64,000 nt of DNA, taken from assembly GCA_001002135.1 (NCBI GenBank), contig LCLP01000001.1, forward strand, positions 485,368 to 549,367. The letters are read 5' to 3'. The DNA comes from Candidatus Pacebacteria bacterium GW2011_GWA1_46_10 (GTDB lineage: Bacteria > Patescibacteriota > Microgenomatia > UBA1400 > PJMF01). The notes under the pieces were generated by a model. That model saw only the letters and a program-made list of their open reading frames with translations, ran no database searches and was not told where the DNA came from. Below, piece by piece: positions 42,809-52,376 of the stretch (within the stretch, counting starts at the first letter, position 1; the number at the start of each line of letters is the position of its first letter). The position numbers were made by a program, and so were the translations under genes.

Positions 42809-44195
42809 ATCCTCCTTAAACACGCTTACTCTTACTCAAACAATCGAGGGCTTGAAGCAGAAAACTTTCTCGCTTCAAGAGTTGTACGGAGCCATCAATC
42901 AGGCAATTGAGCAAAACAACCAAAAACTCAATGCTTACTTAACTCTTGATGACAAAGCACTGGCAAAAGCAGAGAAAACTACTCACCTACCATTAATGGG
43001 CGTGCCAATAGCGGTCAAAGATAATTTCTGTACCAAAGATTTTCGTACCACCGCCGCCTCAAAAGTACTTGACCAATTCGTGCCGCAGTTTGACTCCACT
43101 GTTGCTAAAAAACTCAAAGAGGCTGGGGGGGTAATCATTGGTAAAACCAACCTTGATGCTTGGGCTCACGGTTCATCCACCGAAACCAGCGGTTACGGCC
43201 GAACACTCAATCCACGAAACCCCAATTACTTACCTGGCGGTTCGTCAGGTGGCAGTGCAGCGGCGATTGCCGCTGACATGACTATTGCCGCGGTCGGGAG
43301 TGAAACTGCCGGCTCAATCCGCCAGCCAGCAGCTTGGTGTGGGGTAGTGGGACTGAAACCAACGTATGGTCGAGTGAGTCGATATGGTGTGGCAGCCATG
43401 GCCTCATCCACTGACAGTCCCGGACCAATCACCAAAACCGTTGAGGATGCCGCACTGCTCCTCAATTTTCTGGCTGGGCACGACCCCAATGATGCTACTT
43501 CTTCACCGCAGCAAGCCCCAGATTTCACCGCCGTGCTTAATAAAAGTATTAAGGGTCTGAAAATCGGTGTTATCTATCAGGATATTCCTGGTCTGGAAAT
43601 GGTCAACGAAAAATTAAGCGAGCAGTTACAAGTATTCAAAGAACTCGGCGCTCAACTCGAAACTACTAAGGCGCTGGACCCAAGATACGCCATCGGCGTG
43701 TACACCGTCGTCCAGCGAGCGGAAGTGAGTAGCAACCTGGCTCGCTATGACGGTATCCGCTACGGTCATGATCGCTCGTATTTTGGACCAGAAGCGAAAC
43801 GGCGTCAGATGCTAGGCACATATACCCTGAGTAAGGGGTACGCCGAAAAATACTACGACCTGGCTCAAAAAGTTCGCACACTATTTTTAGAAGATAACAA
43901 TCAACTATTTAAAAAATATGACGTGCTGATCTCAGCTACTTCTCCTGGGTTTGCCAAAAAAATCGGGGCCACCGAAGGGGCAGCCATGTTTGGTGAACTG
44001 GAAGACATGCTGCTGGAACCAAGCTCCTTAACTGGTCAACCCGGTATCAGCGTACCCTACTATCGTGATCCTAAAACTCATCTGTTTTTGGGCATGAATA
44101 TCGTGGCGCCAATGTGGCAAGAACAGCGAGTGATTCAAGTGGCTGACGCTTTTGAGAAAAATACTCAGTGGAACACCTGGAGAAATCCATTATGA
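42801..44195 (+). CDS. gatA: Asp-tRNA(Asn)/Glu-tRNA(Gln) amidotransferase subunit A (amidase)
   Basis: amidase signature GGSSGGSAAAIAA, catalytic Ser/Lys region; ATG 42801 preceded by GGAGGAAAAAG; the track's longer ORF is an upstream extension. Confidence 0.92.
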   Translation: MSKSSLNTLTLTQTIEGLKQKTFSLQELYGAINQAIEQNNQKLNAYLTLDDKALAKAEKTTHLPLMGVPIAVKDNFCTKDFRTTAASKVLDQFVPQFDSTVAKKLKEAGGVIIGKTNLDAWAHGSSTETSGYGRTLNPRNPNYLPGGSSGGSAAAIAADMTIAAVGSETAGSIRQPAAWCGVVGLKPTYGRVSRYGVAAMASSTDSPGPITKTVEDAALLLNFLAGHDPNDATSSPQQAPDFTAVLNKSIKGLKIGVIYQDIPGLEMVNEKLSEQLQVFKELGAQLETTKALDPRYAIGVYTVVQRAEVSSNLARYDGIRYGHDRSYFGPEAKRRQMLGTYTLSKGYAEKYYDLAQKVRTLFLEDNNQLFKKYDVLISATSPGFAKKIGATEGAAMFGELEDMLLEPSSLTGQPGISVPYYRDPKTHLFLGMNIVAPMWQEQRVIQVADAFEKNTQWNTWRNPL

Positions 44196-45535
44196 GCTGG
44201 CAGGAAACATACGAACCAGTGATTGGCTTAGAAGTACACGTTGAACTTAAAACACAGTCCAAAATGTTCTGTGGTTGCGTCAATAACCCATTTCACGCCA
44301 AGAAACCTAATATCTATACCTGTCCGGTGTGCCTCGGCATGCCGGGCGGATTGCCAGTCCCAAATAAAAAAGCCATTGAGTGGACCGTGATGATTGGCTT
44401 GGCTACCAACTGTAAAACTAACACTTTCTCCAAATTTGACCGTAAACACTACTTTTACCCAGACTTAGCCAAGGGTTATCAGATCAGCCAGTATGACCTC
44501 CCGTTTTGCTACGAGGGCTCAGTCAATACTTCATTTGGTAAAGTTAGACTGAATCGAATTCATCTGGAAGAAGATACCGGCAAACTACTCCACACCACAA
44601 TTAAAGGGAAAAAGGTGAGCTTAGTTGACTTTAACCGTAGTGGTGTACCCCTGGTGGAAATAGTTACTGAACCGGATATCAAAAATGGCGCACAGGCTAA
44701 AGAATACGGCAAGAAACTGCGTCAGCTACTACGCTTCCTTAATGTCGCTGACTGTGATATGGAGCAGGGCGGCATGCGCTTGGAAGCCAATATCTCACTG
44801 CGCAAAAAGAGTGAGAAAAATTTGCCAAAATACAAAGTCGAAGTGAAAAATATCAACTCTTTCCGCTTCCTCGAACAAGCCATCAACTTCGAACTTGACC
44901 GTCAAGCCAAACTACTTGATAAAGGAGAGCAACCTAAACAAGAAACCCGCGGCTGGGACTCGATAAAAAACCAAACGGTTGCCCATCGGGGTAAAGAAGA
45001 AGCCGCCGATTACCGCTACTTTCCTGATCCGGACATTCCGCCCATCCATTTGACGAGAAAATTCATCCAGAACATTCAAGATGCTCTCCCAGAGTTACCT
45101 GAAACCATCGGTCAGCGGTGGCAGAAAGAGTACTCACTTCATCCCAAACAAGTGGCTATTCTGCTGGAATTTGATGAAAGCAAAGAGTTAGCGTGGCTCG
45201 ATCAGGTTTTTGCCCAGTTAAGCAAGCACTCGCTTCCTGTCTCACAATTCGTCAATGACTTCATTAACAAAAAACTCAAGCTACCCTCGAAAAACAGTGT
45301 GGCACAGACAATTCAAGCCTTTAAAAACCTGCATCAGGCAGAGACGATAGATACACGCGAACTAGCAACAGTTATCAAACAGGTTTTGGATGAAAACCAG
45401 GACGCTGTCAAAAAATACCAAGCCGGTGAACAGCCGGTATTCGGCTTTTTCATGGGCCAAGTGATGCGGCGACTGGGTAAAAAGGTTGATCCACAGGCAA
45501 TTCGACAAGCGCTCCAAGCTGCCCTTGAAGCCTAG
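44192..45535 (+). CDS. gatB: Asp-tRNA(Asn)/Glu-tRNA(Gln) amidotransferase subunit B
   Basis: MSWQETYEPVIGLEVHVEL... GatB N-terminus, C-terminal YqeY-like tail; ATG overlaps the gatA stop (ATGA). Confidence 0.92.
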   Translation: MSWQETYEPVIGLEVHVELKTQSKMFCGCVNNPFHAKKPNIYTCPVCLGMPGGLPVPNKKAIEWTVMIGLATNCKTNTFSKFDRKHYFYPDLAKGYQISQYDLPFCYEGSVNTSFGKVRLNRIHLEEDTGKLLHTTIKGKKVSLVDFNRSGVPLVEIVTEPDIKNGAQAKEYGKKLRQLLRFLNVADCDMEQGGMRLEANISLRKKSEKNLPKYKVEVKNINSFRFLEQAINFELDRQAKLLDKGEQPKQETRGWDSIKNQTVAHRGKEEAADYRYFPDPDIPPIHLTRKFIQNIQDALPELPETIGQRWQKEYSLHPKQVAILLEFDESKELAWLDQVFAQLSKHSLPVSQFVNDFINKKLKLPSKNSVAQTIQAFKNLHQAETIDTRELATVIKQVLDENQDAVKKYQAGEQPVFGFFMGQVMRRLGKKVDPQAIRQALQAALEA

Positions 45536-45561
45536 ACCAACCTGTGCCATTCTGTCAGCAT

Positions 45562-48500
45562 ATGTCTGAGTTTGTCCATCTTCATGTGCACTCTGAGTAC
45601 TCCATGCTGGATGGCCTGTCTAAAATTCCTCAACTACTGGCTAAAGTGAAGGCTCATGGACAAACCGCAGTGGCGCTGACTGATCACGGGGGAATGTACG
45701 GCGCTATTGCCTTTTATAACGCTTGCCGAGAGCAAGAAATTAAGCCAATTGTTGGATGTGAGTTGTACGTCGCTGCCAAATCTCGCTTTGATAAACAAAT
45801 CAAAGTTGGCCAAGACCAAGCACACCTGACCGTCATTGCCCAAAATTTCACCGGTTACAAAAATCTGATGAAACTGGTAACGCTCGGGAATTTAGAGGGC
45901 TTTTCCTACCGACCCAGAGTCGATGAGGAGCTACTCGAAAAGTATCACGAGGGCTTGATCGTGTTAAGCGGTTGTATGAATAGTGTCTTTAACAAACTGT
46001 TGCGTGAAAAAAAAGACAAAACCGCTCTCAAAAAATTCCAAAAATTTCAAAAAATCTTCGGCCAGCGTTTTTTTATCGAACTCCAACACCATCCTGGAGT
46101 TGAAGAACAGCAAACACTTAATAAAAAATTGATTAAGATTGCCCGCGAACTCAATATCGAGTTGGTCGCCACCAACGATGTTCACTATGTCGAAGCAGAA
46201 GAAGCCGAAGCACAAGACGCGCTGTTGTGCATTCAAACTCGTAAACTGATTGCCGACACAGATAGAATGAAAATGCTTGATACACCGCATTTTTACCTCA
46301 AATCAACCGAGGAAATGCAGGACTTATTTGCTGATTATCCTGAGGCGATCAAAAACACGGCCAAGATTGCCAAGATGGTTAATTTAGAGATTCCCACCGG
46401 ACAACTCATCTTTCCAGAATTTCATTTACCAAAAAACGAAACAGCTGAGTCGTGGCTTAAGAAAAAAGTTGATGAGGGATTGAAACAAAAATTTGGTCAG
46501 ACGAATGATGAGCTGAAAAAAAGACTCGATTATGAGTTAGGCGTTATTAATAAAAAAGGGTACGCCACCTATTTTCTCATCACCCAAGACTTCGTCAACT
46601 GGGCCAAAAACCAAGGTATCGGCGTCGGTCCTGGGAGAGGATCGGTGGCCGGCTCACTGGTGTCGTACTGTCTGAATATCACCACCCTCAATCCAATTGA
46701 GCATGGTTTGCCTTTCGAGCGATTTTTAAACCCTGAGCGTCCCACCCCGCCGGATATTGATATCGACTTTGCCGACGACCGACGCGAAGAAGTGATTCAG
46801 TACGCCGCCGACACTTATGGTCATGACCACTTGGCCCACGTCATTACCTTCGGAAAAATGGAGGCCCGGGTAGCAGTCCGTGACATTGGCCGAGTACTCG
46901 GTATGCCCTACGAAGAACCAGACCGTATTGCCAAACTGATCCCCAACGACCCGGGCAAAAAAACCACCATCGCGACCGCCATCAGAAATGTGCCGGAGTT
47001 AGGCGAATACTACAAACAACCTCGCTTCCGCAAACTCTTGGACCTGGCTCAACAAGTGGAAGGGACCATCCGCCACAGCAGTGTGCACGCCGCCGCCGTC
47101 ATCATCGCCGACAAACCACTCTCTGAATACACCCCACTACAAAAAGACAGTCGCACCGGCAAGATGATCACTCAATACGACATGTATTCGCTGGACTGTA
47201 ATATTGATGATGACGCCATCGGACTATTGAAGTTTGATTTTTTAGGTCTGCGAAACCTCTCTACCATTCAAACTACCGTCAACCTGATTGAGAAATACCA
47301 GCACAAAAAACTGGATATTGATACCCTGCCACTCACTGACAAAAAAACCTATCAACTGCTTTCATCAGGTGAAACTACTGGTATCTTTCAGCTGGAGTCT
47401 GGTGGGATGCGTCGGGTAGCCAAAACCCTAGAACCAACCCAATTCTCCGATATCACCGCTATGCTCGCGCTTTACCGGCCTGGCCCCATGGATCTGATTC
47501 CCCGTTTCATCGAAGGGAAACATAATCCCAAAAGCGTGACATATCCGCATGAATCATTGAAACCAATTTTAGAGGAAACCTATGGCATCATGGTCTACCA
47601 AGAGCAGGTCTTGGAAATTGTGCACCACATGGCCGGTTACACCATGGGAGAAGCGGATATCCTGCGCCGCGCGATTGGCAAGAAAAAGCGCAAGTTACTG
47701 ATCAAGAATCACGAACGATTCGTCAAGGAATCGGTCAAAAATGGCTACAGTAAAAGCGTTGCCGAAAAGGTTTGGGGATTTATCGAAGCGTTTGCCAATT
47801 ATGGTTTTAACAAAGCGCACGCCGCCAGCTACGCCATGATTGCTTACCAAACAGCGTATCTTAAGGCCAACTACCCAGTAGAGTACATGGCGGCGCTGAT
47901 GAGTGTCGAGGCCAACTCTTCATCAGCCACTCAAGATGAGCGCGTCTCGGTCGCCGTTGGGGCCAGTAAAGAGATGGGTATTAAAGTACTGCCACCTGAC
48001 ATTAATCTGTCAGACGACACGTTCAGTATCGAAAAAAACAAAACCTCTCTTGAGGGTAAGACGATCCGTTTCAGTCTCACCGCGGTTAAAAACGTCGGTA
48101 CGGCCGCAATTGAAAATATTTTAGAAACCAGAAAATCCCTCCCAGAAGGTTTCCATTCCTTCACGCAATTTGTCCATAAAACCGATGGCCGTAAAGTCAA
48201 TAAAAAAGTGCTGGAAAGTTTAATTAAGGTCGGCGCGATGGATCGCTTCGGCACCCGCGCCAGTATGCTGGAGAATCTCGACAGCATCCGTCAAACAGCC
48301 TCGCAGTTCCAGTCTGACGTGGATGGTCAGGACAATCTTTTTTCAAAAGTGACTGTTAAAGCAGCAGAAATCCAAGACACTTTTTCCAAAGTTGATGAAT
48401 ACCCGCTCAAAGAACTACTGTCATTTGAAAAAGAGTTGCTGGGCATGTATCTGACCGAAAATCCACTGGCCGATCAGCTGGAGGCAGTTAGTCAACGCGC

Positions 48501-49017
48501 CAACAAAAAAATCAACGAACTAGATCCTAATATCCACCAGGATAGGGTCTTTTTATTCGGCGGGATGCTCACCAAAGTCAAGTTAATCACCACCAAAAAA
48601 AGCAACTCTGAAATGGCGTTTGGCACTCTGCAAGATACCAACAGTAGTATTGAAGTGATTTTCTTTCCCAGGGTCTATAAAGAGGCCAAAGCCTTTATTC
48701 ACGAAGACAGCGTTGTTTTAGTCAAAGCCAAAGTTGATTACCGAGACGACGAACTGAAACTGATTGCCGAAAAGGTCACTGCCAACGATGCACTACAAGA
48801 GACACCAATTGAAATCAACACCAAAGAGATTTTCATTCCCAGAAAAACCGACAAAAAGACCCTGAAAAACCTCGGTACTTTTTTGAAAGCTCACCCCGGT
48901 GAAACCGCTGTGGCTGTACTCATTCCCAACGGCGGCAAGCCAGAACGCATGATGCTCCCCTACGGAGTAGAGTGGACCGAGGACTTGGAAAAAGAGATTC
49001 AACAAATCTTGGGTTAA
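45562..49017 (+). CDS. dnaE: DNA polymerase III alpha subunit (DnaE type)
   Basis: PHP domain VHLHVHSEYSMLDG, polymerase core, OB-fold region; about 1150 aa. Confidence 0.93.
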   Translation: MSEFVHLHVHSEYSMLDGLSKIPQLLAKVKAHGQTAVALTDHGGMYGAIAFYNACREQEIKPIVGCELYVAAKSRFDKQIKVGQDQAHLTVIAQNFTGYKNLMKLVTLGNLEGFSYRPRVDEELLEKYHEGLIVLSGCMNSVFNKLLREKKDKTALKKFQKFQKIFGQRFFIELQHHPGVEEQQTLNKKLIKIARELNIELVATNDVHYVEAEEAEAQDALLCIQTRKLIADTDRMKMLDTPHFYLKSTEEMQDLFADYPEAIKNTAKIAKMVNLEIPTGQLIFPEFHLPKNETAESWLKKKVDEGLKQKFGQTNDELKKRLDYELGVINKKGYATYFLITQDFVNWAKNQGIGVGPGRGSVAGSLVSYCLNITTLNPIEHGLPFERFLNPERPTPPDIDIDFADDRREEVIQYAADTYGHDHLAHVITFGKMEARVAVRDIGRVLGMPYEEPDRIAKLIPNDPGKKTTIATAIRNVPELGEYYKQPRFRKLLDLAQQVEGTIRHSSVHAAAVIIADKPLSEYTPLQKDSRTGKMITQYDMYSLDCNIDDDAIGLLKFDFLGLRNLSTIQTTVNLIEKYQHKKLDIDTLPLTDKKTYQLLSSGETTGIFQLESGGMRRVAKTLEPTQFSDITAMLALYRPGPMDLIPRFIEGKHNPKSVTYPHESLKPILEETYGIMVYQEQVLEIVHHMAGYTMGEADILRRAIGKKKRKLLIKNHERFVKESVKNGYSKSVAEKVWGFIEAFANYGFNKAHAASYAMIAYQTAYLKANYPVEYMAALMSVEANSSSATQDERVSVAVGASKEMGIKVLPPDINLSDDTFSIEKNKTSLEGKTIRFSLTAVKNVGTAAIENILETRKSLPEGFHSFTQFVHKTDGRKVNKKVLESLIKVGAMDRFGTRASMLENLDSIRQTASQFQSDVDGQDNLFSKVTVKAAEIQDTFSKVDEYPLKELLSFEKELLGMYLTENPLADQLEAVSQRANKKINELDPNIHQDRVFLFGGMLTKVKLITTKKSNSEMAFGTLQDTNSSIEVIFFPRVYKEAKAFIHEDSVVLVKAKVDYRDDELKLIAEKVTANDALQETPIEINTKEIFIPRKTDKKTLKNLGTFLKAHPGETAVAVLIPNGGKPERMMLPYGVEWTEDLEKEIQQILG

Positions 49018-49052
49018 CCGCCTGATCATTGAATCAAAGCCCCGATAAGCGC

Positions 49053-49058
49053 TACAAT
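49053..49058 (+). promoter_or_regulatory. -10 box TACAAT 6 nt upstream of a GTG start for ldh (leaderless-type promoter)
   Basis: gcgCTACAATgatgatGTGaaactgccc. Confidence 0.4.
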
Positions 49059-49064
49059 GATGAT

Positions 49065-49994
49065 GTGAAACTGCCCAAATACGACACAAATAAAATTGCC
49101 ATTATTGGTTGTGGTAAAGTCGGCATGTCCACTGCCTTTGCCCTGCTTTTAGAAGAAATTCCCAACGAATTGCTGTTGATTGGCCGCGACGAGAGTAAAA
49201 TTAAGGGAGAAGAACTCGATCTTGAACATGGTTTGTCATTCTTGGGCGCTGCTCAGGTTCATGCTTCCACTAATTACGAGGATCTCAAAGATACTGACAT
49301 TGTTATTATCACCGCTGGTGCGGCTCAAAAACCGGGTGACACTCGGCTGGACCTGATTAAAGATAACAAAGCGATCATTCACGAGATGATTCCCAAAATC
49401 GTGACCTATGCGCCGGAAGCCGTGATTATTTTAATTACCAACCCAGTTGATATCCTGACCTTTGAAGCAGCCAAGTTGTCAGGTTGGCCAATTGGTCGAG
49501 TGTTTGGCACTGGTACGACGCTTGATACCTCACGTTTCCGTTTTCATCTTTCCGAATACTTAAACGTTAATCCAAAAAGCATTCATGCTTTCATCCTAGG
49601 TGAACACGGTGACTCCTCTTTTCCTGCGCTCACTGGGGCCGTAGTTGGTGGCCAAAGCCTGCTTTCAATGCCGAAGATGACTCAGGCTAAAGCAGAAAAT
49701 GCTTACAAAAAAACCCGCGACGCTGCTTATAAAATTATTGAGTCAAAGGGGGCTACCTTTTATGCCATCGCCGTAGCAATCGTTGAATTGGTGAGGGCTG
49801 TACTTCGTGACAGCAAACAAATCTTTCCCGTGTCAATCCCGCTCCAAAATTATCACGGTGTGAGTAATGTTGCTTTAAGTGTACCGTGTGTCGTTGGCCG
49901 CGCTGGTGTCGAGCAAACCATCGAAATCAAGCTCTCTTGGGAAGAAAAACAACTGCTGGAAAAATCAGCCGATACACTGAAAAAATTTTTGTGA
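49065..49994 (+). CDS. ldh: L-lactate dehydrogenase
   Basis: KIAIIGCGKVGMSTAFALL (NAD Rossmann), ITAGAAQKPGDTRLDL with Gln at the LDH/MDH discriminating position, catalytic His region; no in-frame ATG, so GTG 49065 preferred (TTG 49029 alternative). Confidence 0.85.
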   Translation: MKLPKYDTNKIAIIGCGKVGMSTAFALLLEEIPNELLLIGRDESKIKGEELDLEHGLSFLGAAQVHASTNYEDLKDTDIVIITAGAAQKPGDTRLDLIKDNKAIIHEMIPKIVTYAPEAVIILITNPVDILTFEAAKLSGWPIGRVFGTGTTLDTSRFRFHLSEYLNVNPKSIHAFILGEHGDSSFPALTGAVVGGQSLLSMPKMTQAKAENAYKKTRDAAYKIIESKGATFYAIAVAIVELVRAVLRDSKQIFPVSIPLQNYHGVSNVALSVPCVVGRAGVEQTIEIKLSWEEKQLLEKSADTLKKFL

Positions 49995-50843
49995 TTATTT
50001 TTGACAATGAGGACAATATTGCGTTCCTCGCCCGCCGATCTTCATTTTTTGGATAATCGTGCCACAACGCGGGCAGGATTTGCCAGCCCGGCCGTAAACC
50101 TTTAGTTTCTCCTGATATTTTCCAGCTAAACCGCTAACATCTACGAATTTGCCATCAAAAGTCGTCCCCCCAGCTTTTATGCCATCGTCAATGACCTTTT
50201 TAGTTGCCTGAAAAACATTTTTCCATTCCTTGCTAGTCAATGAATTGGCCGGTCGAGCTGGATGAACGCGAGCAATAAAAAGTGCTTCATTGGCATAGAT
50301 ATTCCCCACACCCGACAAAACTGAATTATTCATCAGTGCCAATTTAATGGGCATTTTTCGGTTGGCAAAGACTTTTTTGAAATATTCCACTGTCACTTCT
50401 TCAATATTCACGTCTGGCCCATACTTGCCGTATTCCACAGCCAATTGCGCGTCATCAACTAGTTTCAGCCAGCCAAAAACTCTCATGTCGTTGAAAAAAA
50501 GCGTTGATTTGTCCGTAAACTCGACAATCACTCGAGTGTGCTTACTGGGCAAATCGTTGGTCCAGTCGCCAGTCGGGTGCCCGCCACCGATTTTCTTCTC
50601 GCCATTCATAAAGATTAATTGGCCAGTCATTTTTAAGTGAATCAGCATGTCACGCTTGCCGGTGATATGCAGACGGATCATTTTCGCGCGACGGGAAACA
50701 TTTTCTATCTTTTTACCACTCAACCAAACTGGTTTACCCTGAAAACTTTTATTTCGTAATACCTTGACACTCTTGATCGTTCGACCAGGCAACACTTGGG
50801 CTAATCTGCGGGCAACAGTTTCAACCTCTGGTAATTCCGGCAT
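49995..50843 (-). CDS. mutM: formamidopyrimidine-DNA glycosylase (Fpg/MutM)
   Basis: MPELPEVE N-terminal catalytic Pro/Glu, C-terminal zinc finger CPRCGTIIQKMKIGGRGTQYCPHCQ. Confidence 0.9.
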   Translation of the reverse strand: MPELPEVETVARRLAQVLPGRTIKSVKVLRNKSFQGKPVWLSGKKIENVSRRAKMIRLHITGKRDMLIHLKMTGQLIFMNGEKKIGGGHPTGDWTNDLPSKHTRVIVEFTDKSTLFFNDMRVFGWLKLVDDAQLAVEYGKYGPDVNIEEVTVEYFKKVFANRKMPIKLALMNNSVLSGVGNIYANEALFIARVHPARPANSLTSKEWKNVFQATKKVIDDGIKAGGTTFDGKFVDVSGLAGKYQEKLKVYGRAGKSCPRCGTIIQKMKIGGRGTQYCPHCQK

Positions 50844-51771
50844 TGTCAGCTTTCTTATTTTTATCCGTCGTCACTAACCACGCTCCAATCAACGCTGCCA
50901 CCGCACCAATTACCACTCCGGTAATTAATTTTTCTTTTAAAAAAATGAGTCCTGATATATAGGCAGAAATTGGCTGGATAAATAAGTTCATTGAAGCTAT
51001 GACTGGAGAGGCCTTCTGAATAACTTTCTGATACAACAAGTAGAAAATTGCGCCTCCTAAAATACCAACATAGCCAACTGATAAGAGAGTTAAGCTATTA
51101 ACTTGGCCTATCCAGCCCGGATGAGCATACCAATCAATAATTACAAACGGCAGTAAAACAACACTGGCAGTTACGGCAAATACGAATGCCATAACCGGTG
51201 CCGAAAAACGTGCTTGGTAGCGTTTAGAAAATACGATATAAAGCACAAAACATATCACCGCTAGCAGCACTGTTACATTTCCAAAAAGTGTCCCTGAAAA
51301 ATCGGCTCCCTTTGAAAAAACTGGCAAGATAACTAAGTAAGCAACGCCCAAAAAGCCCAATAATATTCCAAGCGTTTTCCTCAGCGAAAAACGTTCTTTC
51401 AACCAAAAATACGAGAGTAAGGCGATCATCAGTGGACCAGTGGCATACATCAATGAAGAAATGACCGCCGTGGTATGACGAACCCCAAAAGCGAAAATAA
51501 CCACGTTGGCTACAGCCAACAATGATATGCCAATTGCACCTGATAGTTGGTGAAAACCTTGTTGACGAATTTCTTTTGAAATAAAAGGCAACATACACAG
51601 CGCAGCCACAAAAAAACGCAGAAAGGTAAATGTTAATGGTGGAATCACCACTACGCCGAGTTTCACAAAAGTAGCGATACTGCCGCCAATCGCAGCCAGA
51701 ACCAAAACGGCTATCAATATTTTATTTTGTGTGGTCACAGTTTTTTCTGAATTAAATAATTGTGATATCAA
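50821..51771 (-). CDS. DMT-superfamily (EamA-like) transporter
   Basis: 10 TM helices in two EamA-like halves, 316 aa. Confidence 0.7.
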   Translation of the reverse strand: MISQLFNSEKTVTTQNKILIAVLVLAAIGGSIATFVKLGVVVIPPLTFTFLRFFVAALCMLPFISKEIRQQGFHQLSGAIGISLLAVANVVIFAFGVRHTTAVISSLMYATGPLMIALLSYFWLKERFSLRKTLGILLGFLGVAYLVILPVFSKGADFSGTLFGNVTVLLAVICFVLYIVFSKRYQARFSAPVMAFVFAVTASVVLLPFVIIDWYAHPGWIGQVNSLTLLSVGYVGILGGAIFYLLYQKVIQKASPVIASMNLFIQPISAYISGLIFLKEKLITGVVIGAVAALIGAWLVTTDKNKKADNAGITRG

Positions 51772-51773
51772 GC

Positions 51774-52361
51774 TTATTTTTTATCAGTTCCGTCAATAGA
51801 GCTTCTTGTATATCTAAGTTCTAAAAGTTTTTCAAGTAATGGGAATTTGGTATACGGCTGATTGTATGTCTCTGTGCCCATATGGCCTTCTCCCTCCCGA
51901 AGAATTAATGTACCACCCAAGTGTTCCCACATATACAAACCTTCTTTATGATCACAGCCCCACGGATCATTGTCAGAGTTTATAAAAATAAGGTCTTTAA
52001 CATTATTTTTAATTTCTTCCCAATTATATTTTTTTTGAAGAATGTGCTCAGCATCTTTCTTCTCACCTTTAGGGCGGGCATATCCTGCCACTAGAATAGC
52101 TTTGTGAATTTGGGTATTAATATTTTCCAAAACACTCAATACTAATGGGCTACCTGCAGAATGGCCAATGAGAATTGATTCTTCATTAAAAGCAAAATCC
52201 AACGCAACAGGAAGCCATTTTTCTAAATCGGGGGTATCAGCTTCAGGCAGCTGGGGAACTATTACTTCGTAACCTTTTGATTCCAGAAAACTTTTAATAC
52301 TTGGTTGCCAAAAAGACTGCGGGGTACAAGATGTTCCGTGAAGAATCAATGCATTTTTCAT
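51774..52361 (-). CDS. alpha/beta hydrolase (YdeN/RBBP9-like serine hydrolase)
   Basis: nucleophile elbow GHSAG, about 195 aa single-domain hydrolase. Confidence 0.6.
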   Translation of the reverse strand: MKNALILHGTSCTPQSFWQPSIKSFLESKGYEVIVPQLPEADTPDLEKWLPVALDFAFNEESILIGHSAGSPLVLSVLENINTQIHKAILVAGYARPKGEKKDAEHILQKKYNWEEIKNNVKDLIFINSDNDPWGCDHKEGLYMWEHLGGTLILREGEGHMGTETYNQPYTKFPLLEKLLELRYTRSSIDGTDKK

Positions 52362-52376
52362 AAATAAATTGTACTT

